Positions 56,840 through 64,000 of a stretch of DNA of 64,000 bases are shown here, one piece after another. This DNA comes from Gemmatimonadota bacterium (GTDB lineage Bacteria > Gemmatimonadota > Gemmatimonadetes > Palauibacterales > Palauibacteraceae). The stretch spans positions 1,664,001 to 1,728,000 of the forward strand of contig OZ220691.1 in NCBI GenBank assembly GCA_965116475.1. The letters run 5' to 3'. The notes under the pieces are model-generated. The model had not been told where the DNA came from, searched no databases, and saw nothing but the letters and a program-made list of their open reading frames with translations. The position numbers and the translations under genes were made by a program. The first letter of the stretch is position 1; the number at the start of each line of letters is the position of its first letter.

Positions 56840-58156
56840 ATGGTGGAGACGGCGGAGATGACCGCGGCGGCCGGCCGCCGCGACGCGGACGAGGCGTCGG
56901 GCGAGGCGTCGGGCGGCGGCGGTTGGGATCTCGCGGCGGTCCGGGCCCGGTTCCCCATTCTCTCGCGGGAAGTCAACGGCCACCCACTGGCCTATCTGGA
57001 CAACGCGGCGAGCTCGCAGCAGCCGCTCCGCGTTTTGAACCGGGTCGAGCGCTATCTGCGCCGGGAGCACGCGAATGTTCACCGCGGCGTGCACCAGCTC
57101 AGCGCGGAGGCGACGGAGGCCTACGAGGACGCGCGCCGCTCCGTGGCGGCGCACGCGGGCGCGACGGACCCGGCGGAGATCGTCTTCACGCGCGGCACGA
57201 CGGAGGCGGTGAACCTCGTCGCATCGAGTTGGGGGGACGCGTTCATCGGCGCGGGCGACGAGATCCTGCTCACGAAGATGGAGCACCACTCGAACCTCGT
57301 GCCGTGGCAACTCCTCGCGGGCCGCACGGGGTGCGATCTCCGCTTCGTCGACGTCACGCCCGGGGGCACACTCGATCTGGACGACTTCGACCGGCTGCTC
57401 GGGCAGCGAACCCGGCTGGTCGCCTGTACGCACGTCTCCAACAGCCTGGGGACGATCAACCCGGTGCGGGAGATCGTGGACAGGGCCCACGCGGCCGGCG
57501 CGCTGACGCTCATCGACGGCGCGCAGGCCGCACCCCACCTGCTGACCGATGTCGCGAACACCGGGTGCGATTTCTACGCGTTCAGCAGCCACAAGATGTG
57601 CGGTCCCACCGGCGTCGGGGCGCTGTGGGCCAGGCGCGAGCTGCTCGAGGAGATGCCTCCGTACCAGGGCGGGGGCGAGATGATCTCGGACGTAAAGCTC
57701 GAGGGGTCCTCCTGGGCGAAGGTTCCGCACAAGTTCGAGGCCGGCACGCCCAACATCTCGGGCGTCGTGGGCTTCGGCGAAGCCGCCCGCTTCCTCGCGG
57801 ACCTCGGGTCGGAGGCGGTCGCGTCGCATGAGGACGCCCTGATGCGCGCCGCTCTGAAACGGCTCGGCGAGATCGAAGGGCTTCGCCTGTACGGCCCGCG
57901 CGACGAGCGGACCGCGCGGACGGCGGTCTTCTCCTTCACCTACGGCGACATACATCCGCACGACCTCTCCACGATCCTCGACCAGCAGGGCATCGCGATC
58001 CGGGCGGGGCACCACTGCAACCAGCCGCTGATGGACCACTTCGGGATCAGCGCTACGGCCCGGGCGAGCTTCTACTTCTACAATTCGCCGCGGGAAATCG
58101 ACGCGCTGTGCGACGGCCTCGCCCTCGCAGCGGAAGTCTTCGGCGGACTGGCCTGA
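56840..58156 (+). CDS. sufS: Cysteine desulfurase SufS
   Basis: YLDNAASSQ, MEHHSN, SSHKMCGPTG (PLP Lys), RAGHHC. Confidence 0.95.
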   Translation: MVETAEMTAAAGRRDADEASGEASGGGGWDLAAVRARFPILSREVNGHPLAYLDNAASSQQPLRVLNRVERYLRREHANVHRGVHQLSAEATEAYEDARRSVAAHAGATDPAEIVFTRGTTEAVNLVASSWGDAFIGAGDEILLTKMEHHSNLVPWQLLAGRTGCDLRFVDVTPGGTLDLDDFDRLLGQRTRLVACTHVSNSLGTINPVREIVDRAHAAGALTLIDGAQAAPHLLTDVANTGCDFYAFSSHKMCGPTGVGALWARRELLEEMPPYQGGGEMISDVKLEGSSWAKVPHKFEAGTPNISGVVGFGEAARFLADLGSEAVASHEDALMRAALKRLGEIEGLRLYGPRDERTARTAVFSFTYGDIHPHDLSTILDQQGIAIRAGHHCNQPLMDHFGISATARASFYFYNSPREIDALCDGLALAAEVFGGLA

Positions 58157-58160
58157 ACCC

Positions 58161-58658
58161 ATGACCGACCCCCGTTCGAAACCGCCCGGGACCATCGACC
58201 GGGAGATCCCTTCGTCGCTCAACCAGCTGTACCAGGAGGTCATCCTCGACCACTACCGGAAGCCCCGGAACAAGGGGCATCTGGACGACGCCACGCACGC
58301 GATCACGATGAACAATCCGCTGTGCGGCGACGTGATCGAACTCATGCTGCGCGTGGAGGGCGGGAACATCGCGGAGGCGCGTTTCCTGGGCCGCGGGTGC
58401 TCGATCAGTCTGGCGTCCGCGTCGATGCTCACAGGACGCGTGCGAGGGAAGTCGCTCGATCAGGCGCTGGAACTCTCCGGGAAGTTCACGCACCTCCTGC
58501 ACGGAGACGGGGCGCTGCTGTCGGACGACGAGCTCGGCGATCTGCGCACGCTGGCTGGGGTCTCGAAATTCCCGGTTCGGATCAAGTGCGCACTGCTGGC
58601 CTGGAACTGTCTCGAGGAGCTGGGGGACGGGGCGGACGAGGACCTCGGCTCGGCGTGA
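58161..58658 (+). CDS. sufU: SUF system sulfur-transfer protein SufU
   Basis: LYQEVILDHY, NPLCGD, GCSISLASAS, RIKCALL. Confidence 0.93.
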   Translation: MTDPRSKPPGTIDREIPSSLNQLYQEVILDHYRKPRNKGHLDDATHAITMNNPLCGDVIELMLRVEGGNIAEARFLGRGCSISLASASMLTGRVRGKSLDQALELSGKFTHLLHGDGALLSDDELGDLRTLAGVSKFPVRIKCALLAWNCLEELGDGADEDLGSA

Positions 58659-59566
58659 CATCCGGTGGCCCCTCCGCTGCCGTCGGCCGCGTGCTGCGGA
58701 TCGCGGGCGGGGTCTATCACGTGGACGATTCCACGACCGTGGTCCGGGCGTCCCTGCGCGGGCGCCTGAAGCGAACGGATTCGCGCATCGTTTCGGTCGG
58801 CGACCTCGTCGAGCTGGAACGCGTCGGCGACGAGATGCGGATCGTGCGGCTCCGCGCACGCAGCGGCGCGCTTTCCCGGCACGGCGTCTCCAAGCGGCGC
58901 GAACAGGTGATCGTCGCGAACGTGGACCAGGTCGCCGTCGTCGTTTCGGTGACCGCGCCCGATCCCGATTTCCTCATGGTGGACCGACTGCTCGCGCTGG
59001 CGGCGATGAGCGGCATCGACGCCTTCCTCGTCGTGAACAAGACGGACCTCGCCCAGCCCGCGTCCCGGGACGACCTCGAGCAATACGCGGCGCTCGGCGT
59101 GGAGACGCTGCGGACGAGCGCTGAATCGAGGGCGGGACTGACGGGGCTGGCCGGACGCCTCGCGGGCCGGATCACCGTGCTCAGCGGGCAGTCGGGCGTG
59201 GGGAAGTCGAGCCTGCTGAACGCCCTCGTCCCCGAACTCGACCTCCGCGTGGGAGAGATCAGCGAGCGGCGGGGACGCGGGCGGCACACGACCGTGGCCT
59301 CGGCGCTCTACCGATATCCGGACGGCGGCTACGTGGCGGACACGCCCGGCCTGCAGTACCTGGCGCTGTGGGGGCTGGACCCAGCGGAGCTTCCGGGGGG
59401 CTTCGTCGAGATCGCCGCGGCGGGCGAGGGCTGCCGGTTCGCGGACTGCCGGCATCGAGTGGAACCGGATTGCGCGGTGCGCGCGGCCGTCGAGGATGGG
59501 ACGATCCGGCGGCGGCGGCTGGAGAGCTACCTGCGGCTCCTCGACGAAGCGGAGAAGGGTCGGTGA
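58655..59566 (+). CDS. rsgA: Ribosome small subunit-dependent GTPase A
   Basis: NKTD, GQSGVGKSS, GRHTT, DTPG, CRFADCRH..EPDCAV; GTGA overlap with sufU. Confidence 0.93.
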   Translation: MTSGGPSAAVGRVLRIAGGVYHVDDSTTVVRASLRGRLKRTDSRIVSVGDLVELERVGDEMRIVRLRARSGALSRHGVSKRREQVIVANVDQVAVVVSVTAPDPDFLMVDRLLALAAMSGIDAFLVVNKTDLAQPASRDDLEQYAALGVETLRTSAESRAGLTGLAGRLAGRITVLSGQSGVGKSSLLNALVPELDLRVGEISERRGRGRHTTVASALYRYPDGGYVADTPGLQYLALWGLDPAELPGGFVEIAAAGEGCRFADCRHRVEPDCAVRAAVEDGTIRRRRLESYLRLLDEAEKGR

Positions 59567-60159
59567 GCGAAGCCTGGAGTCCGGGGCGGGTGGCGCGCCG
59601 GCTGGCGGCGGCGGGCCACACCGTCGTCGACGCCGGGGCGGCGGAGCGTCACGCGGCCGTGACGCTCGTGGTTCGCCCGCGGGACCGGGACCTGGAGGTG
59701 CTCTTCGTCCGGCGGGCGGAGCTCCCCGGCGACCCGTGGTCCGGCCACATGGCGCTTCCCGGCGGGCACCGGGATGCGGAGGACGCCGATCTCCTGGAGA
59801 CGGCGCGCCGCGAGTTGCGCGAGGAGGTGGGGCTCGATCTTCCGCGCGGCGGGTTCCTCGGGCGGCTCGACGACCTGCACCCGGTGACACGCCGGATCCC
59901 GTCGATCCTCATCTCTCCCTTCGTCGCCTGGCACGGGGAGGATGTCCGCGTCTCGACCAACGCCGAGGTGCAGTATCACGTGTGGGCTCCGCTCGGCGCG
60001 CTGCGCGACCCGTCTCTGCGCTCCGAGGTCCGCTATCCGGACGGTGGCCGCGAACACGTGTGGCCTTCCATCTTGTACGAGGGCGACGCCATTTGGGGGC
60101 TCACGCACCGCGTCGTCACGAACTTTCTCGAAATCATCAGGGAGAGAACCAGCCAATGA
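59563..60159 (+). CDS. Nudix hydrolase, CoA pyrophosphatase type
   Basis: WSGHMALPGG..TARRELREEVG, IWGLT; GTGA overlap with rsgA. Confidence 0.88.
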   Translation: MSEAWSPGRVARRLAAAGHTVVDAGAAERHAAVTLVVRPRDRDLEVLFVRRAELPGDPWSGHMALPGGHRDAEDADLLETARRELREEVGLDLPRGGFLGRLDDLHPVTRRIPSILISPFVAWHGEDVRVSTNAEVQYHVWAPLGALRDPSLRSEVRYPDGGREHVWPSILYEGDAIWGLTHRVVTNFLEIIRERTSQ

Positions 60160-60623
60160 GTGAAGTCGTCTACCGCTCGCACGTGAAGATCGTGCGGGAG
60201 AAGGGGCCGTACCGCACGGCGCAGATCCCGGCCACGGATGCACCGGTCGACTTCGGCGTCCACTCCGCGATCGCCGAATACTACGGGGTCCGCGACAACC
60301 GCGACGTCGCCACGACGCTCGACTACGTCATCGCCGCAACCGGCGGCTGACTGGCCGGAACCTTCGGGGGCGCGCTGGAAGCGCGCGGCGTAAAGGCGGA
60401 TGAGGGACGGTTGGTGGCGAACGTGGAGGGCGAGGTCGAGACGGACGACGGCGTGCTCGTGATCCGGCGGATCCGGACCCGGTACCGTCTCCAGGCGGAT
60501 GAGGGGCACGCCGACGCGATCCGGCGCGCGTTCGAGGCCCACCCGCCGAAGTGTCCGGTCTACCGAACGCTCTCCGGCTGCATCGAGATCACGACGGAAC
60601 TCGACGTCGTACCCGTGGCCTGA
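60156..60623 (+). CDS. OsmC-family protein, probable selenoprotein (in-frame TGA 60348-60350 read as Sec)
   Basis: ATGA overlap. ..TLDYVIAATGG-TGA-LAGTFGGALEARG..HPPKCPVYRTL; the frame stays open after the TGA, which occupies the first catalytic Cys position. Confidence 0.8.
60351..60386 (+). other. Putative bacterial SECIS element
   Basis: Stem GCGCGCT (60370-60376)/AGCGCGC (60380-60386) with a G-initiated loop GGA, 26 nt after the UGA. Confidence 0.55.
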
Positions 60624-60656
60624 ACCACGGGTCGCCCGGCTAACGGGGGCTGTCAG

Positions 60657-62030
60657 TCAGGTCAGCGGGTCGGCGAGGCGGCCATAGAGGTCGGCGAGGG
60701 CCGCGATCCCCTTTCGGTAGACGCCGAGATCGATCCACTCGTCCGGCGCGTGCATGTTGCAGCCGGGAAGCGCGAAGCCGATGAGGAGCGCGGGCGCGCC
60801 GAACGTCTCCTCGAATTCCTGCACGATGGGGATCGAACCGCCCTCGCGGATGTAGGCGGGCGGGGCGCCGAACCCCGTCTCCAGCGCCGCGGAGGCGGCG
60901 TCGAAGACGGGATGTTCGGTGTCGGCCACCCATGGCGCTCCGCCGTGCGAGCGCTTGATCTCGACGGTCACGCCCTCCGGCGCGAGTTCGCGGACCCGGG
61001 CCTCGAAGGCCTCGACGACCCGGGCCGGGTCCTGATCCGGCACCAACCGCATCGACACCTTCGCCATCGCTTGCGAGGGAAGGACGGTCTTCGAGCCCTC
61101 ACCGGTGAAGCCGCTGAGCAGGCCGTTCACATCCAGCGTAGGGCGATACCATAGCCGCTCCAGCGCCGTGAACCCGGCCTCCCCGCCGAGCGCCGGCGCA
61201 CCGACGCCCGCCCGGAGCGTCTCCTCGTCCATGGGGAGGCGTTCGAGATCGGCGCGCTCGCGGGGGCTGATGGGTCGAACGGCATCGTAGTAGCCCGGCA
61301 CGGTGACCCGGCCGTGCTCGTCCCGGAGGCCGGCGAGGATGGCGGCCACGGCGTTCGCGGGGTTCACGACCGCTCCGCCGTACGTGCCGGAGTGGAGGTC
61401 CGATCGGGGACCATAAACGTTGATCTCGGTGTAGACGATGCCCCGCAGTCCGGTCGTGACGCAGGGCAGCTCGGGGGAGAACATCCCGGTGTCGCTGACG
61501 AGGATCGCGTCACAGGCGAGCCGTTCGGCGTGCTCGTGGAGGAACGCTGCGAGGTGGCGGCTTCCCACCTCCTCTTCGCCCTCGATCACCAGCTTGAGAT
61601 TCACGGGGACATCCGCCCCGGCCGCGAGGCGCGTTTCGAGCGCCTTGATGTGCATGTGGACCTGCCCCTTGTCGTCGACCGAGCCGCGGGCGTACAGGCG
61701 GCCGTCGCGGACCTCCGGGTCGAACGGCGGACTCGTCCACAACTCGTCGGGCTCCGATGGCTGCACATCGTAGTGTCCGTAAACGAGCACGGTGGGGGCG
61801 TCCGCGGCGTGGGTCCATTCGCCCACGACGATGGGATGACCGCCGGTTTCGATGACCTCGGCCTCGTGCATTCCCGCCGCCAGGAGGTGCTCGGCGACCC
61901 AGTCGGCGCAGGCGCGGACATCGCCAGCATGCTCGGGATCCGTGCTGATGCTGGGGATGCGGAGAAAGGCCTCCAGTTCGTCTTGGAACCTCGCGAGTTC
62001 CCGGTCGATACGGGCAGCGAAATCGGACAT
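60657..62030 (-). CDS. M20 family dipeptidase
   Basis: [42 protein letters not shown]. Confidence 0.92.
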   Translation of the reverse strand: MSDFAARIDRELARFQDELEAFLRIPSISTDPEHAGDVRACADWVAEHLLAAGMHEAEVIETGGHPIVVGEWTHAADAPTVLVYGHYDVQPSEPDELWTSPPFDPEVRDGRLYARGSVDDKGQVHMHIKALETRLAAGADVPVNLKLVIEGEEEVGSRHLAAFLHEHAERLACDAILVSDTGMFSPELPCVTTGLRGIVYTEINVYGPRSDLHSGTYGGAVVNPANAVAAILAGLRDEHGRVTVPGYYDAVRPISPRERADLERLPMDEETLRAGVGAPALGGEAGFTALERLWYRPTLDVNGLLSGFTGEGSKTVLPSQAMAKVSMRLVPDQDPARVVEAFEARVRELAPEGVTVEIKRSHGGAPWVADTEHPVFDAASAALETGFGAPPAYIREGGSIPIVQEFEETFGAPALLIGFALPGCNMHAPDEWIDLGVYRKGIAALADLYGRLADPLT

Positions 62031-62108
62031 GTGACTCCTGGGCCGGTTGAGGGGATTCAGGGTGATCGACTATACCGACAGGGGGGGCCGCGGCAAGCCG
62101 CCGGGCGG

Positions 62109-63248
62109 TCAGTCGAAACGCTGCTCGCTGACGATCGCGCCGACCCGGGCGGAGGCGTCGAGGCCGAGGAGCCGGCGCAGGGCGGGGAGGCGGGCCAGGG
62201 CGAGGAGCGCCCCTGCGCCGGCGGCGCCGGACGGGCCCGCGATGATGCGGGCGCCCAGCCGCCCGGACTCGAGCGCCTCGGCGCCGGCGGCCCAGACGGG
62301 CTCGGGGAGCGCGACCGCCGCGTCGAGCAACGGCGCCAGACAGTCCCAGGCGATCGTCGACGCGACGCCGGCGGCGAGACCGCCCATCGCGGTGTCGAAC
62401 GGCGGTTCCGCGATGCTCGCCCGGCCGCGCCGCAGGCTCCGGCCGAAGCAGTCGGCCCGCCACGGCTCGACGGCGATGAAACGCGGCCGCCGCTCGCCGC
62501 ACACCTGCGCGAAGTGGCCGCACACCCCCGTCGCGAGGCCGCCGACGCCCGCCTGCACGAAGAGGTGCGTGAGCGGCGCCGAGCCGGCATCCGCGAGGTC
62601 GTCCAGCATCTCCGCGGCGAGGAGCGTGTAGCCCGCCATAATGCGGCGGGGCGTCTCCTCGTAGCCCTCGTACGCCGTGTCGGAGACGACGATCCAGCCG
62701 TTCCGCGCGGCCTCCCGGTCGGTATGCCCGACCACGCCGTCGTACTCGCCGGGCACACGGACCACCCTCGCTCCGTGTCCCTCGATCGCGCGGGCCCGGG
62801 CGGGGATCGCGTCCTCCGGCAGGAAGATCACGCAGCGGCAGCCGAACTCGGCGCTTCCCCACGCTACGGATCGGCCGTGGTTCCCCGCCGAGGCGGTCGT
62901 GACCGTGATCCCGGCCGCGAGCGGATGCCCGGCCCGCAGCTCCGCCGCCGTCGGCCGAGCACCGCTCCGACGCTCGATCTCGTCCTGCAGCGCGCGCAGC
63001 ACCGCGAACGCCCCACCGAGCGCCTTGAAGGAGCCGAGCCCGAAGCGCGGCGATTCATCCTTGACCCAAACCGCCTCGACGCCCAGCAACGCGGCAAGCC
63101 CCGGCAGTGTTACCATCGGCGTCGGGTCGTATCGACGCCAGCATCGTATGACGTCCCGAGCTTCGGCAGCCGCGTCCGGATCGAGGATCCCTTCCGCGGG
63201 CTCGCGCAGCAGCTTCGGAGATCGGAGCGAAAGACGCAGAGCGCTCAT
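62109..63248 (-). CDS. Diaminopropionate ammonia-lyase (PLP fold II)
   Basis: [53 protein letters not shown]. Confidence 0.88.
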   Translation of the reverse strand: MSALRLSLRSPKLLREPAEGILDPDAAAEARDVIRCWRRYDPTPMVTLPGLAALLGVEAVWVKDESPRFGLGSFKALGGAFAVLRALQDEIERRSGARPTAAELRAGHPLAAGITVTTASAGNHGRSVAWGSAEFGCRCVIFLPEDAIPARARAIEGHGARVVRVPGEYDGVVGHTDREAARNGWIVVSDTAYEGYEETPRRIMAGYTLLAAEMLDDLADAGSAPLTHLFVQAGVGGLATGVCGHFAQVCGERRPRFIAVEPWRADCFGRSLRRGRASIAEPPFDTAMGGLAAGVASTIAWDCLAPLLDAAVALPEPVWAAGAEALESGRLGARIIAGPSGAAGAGALLALARLPALRRLLGLDASARVGAIVSEQRFD

Positions 63249-63335
63249 CGCGCGGGCGGGCGGGACCGGAGGGCCGGGTGGCCTCGGCGCGCACGGTTGG
63301 TCGGGTGGCTGCCGGGCACCAGTTTCCCGGCGGCC

Positions 63336-63743
<408 letters not shown>

Positions 63744-63758
63744 CCCCTGGATGTCCGA

Positions 63759-64000
63759 GTGAGACGCCTCCCAACCCCGATCCGGCCTGAGTTGCGCGTT
63801 CCCGCGGGAACGTCACCGCTCCCGAACCGTCTCCGAATTCCCCGCATCGGCCGCCTCGCGGTCGCGGCCGGGCTCGTATCCGCCGCGTGCCTGGCGGCCG
63901 CCCCTCTCGCGGCGCAGGAGGTGACGCCCGTGACGCCCATTGCCAACGGCAACGGGGCGCTTCGCGTCTTCTTCGACTGCGATGGCGGCCGCGGGATGTG
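63759..64000 (+). CDS. 5' part of a secreted hypothetical protein, truncated by the window end
   Basis: Open frame with a signal peptide (..CLAAAPLAAQE), then LRVFFDC. Confidence 0.5.
   Translation, partial: MRRLPTPIRPELRVPAGTSPLPNRLRIPRIGRLAVAAGLVSAACLAAAPLAAQEVTPVTPIANGNGALRVFFDCDGGRGM

Overview
A high-GC bacterial chromosomal segment. Its gene content (many secreted peptidases and amidohydrolases, VPS10/BNR, FG-GAP/ASPIC and DUF5916 proteins, TonB receptor) resembles Gemmatimonadota such as the sponge-associated Palauibacter group; this assignment is inference only. From left to right: a rhodanese; a sulfated-glycan cluster (a GT2-sulfotransferase fusion carrying poly-G tandem repeats, a second sulfotransferase, two GT2s); an M14 peptidase and a VPS10-like protein; a BlaI repressor between two paralogous M56/BlaR1-like sensors, with a sigma70 promoter and tandem operators; a vapBC pair whose antitoxin is frameshifted; a lower-GC defence islet (darT-darG plus a HEPN-like DUF3644 gene, separated by a hairpin-rich spacer); a trypsin-like protease preceded by a free-standing copy of its own N-terminal domain; an SSS transporter; a quinohemoprotein dehydrogenase; glpD; and a suf operon (sufCBD-Rieske-sufS-sufU) with Fur-like boxes that runs on into rsgA, a Nudix hydrolase and an OsmC-family gene. 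That OsmC gene has an in-frame TGA at the catalytic Cys position followed by a SECIS-like hairpin, so it is a probable selenoprotein that the ORF track splits in two. I saw no rRNA, tRNA, CRISPR array, integrase or transposase. All product calls come from motif recognition by eye; no searches were run.
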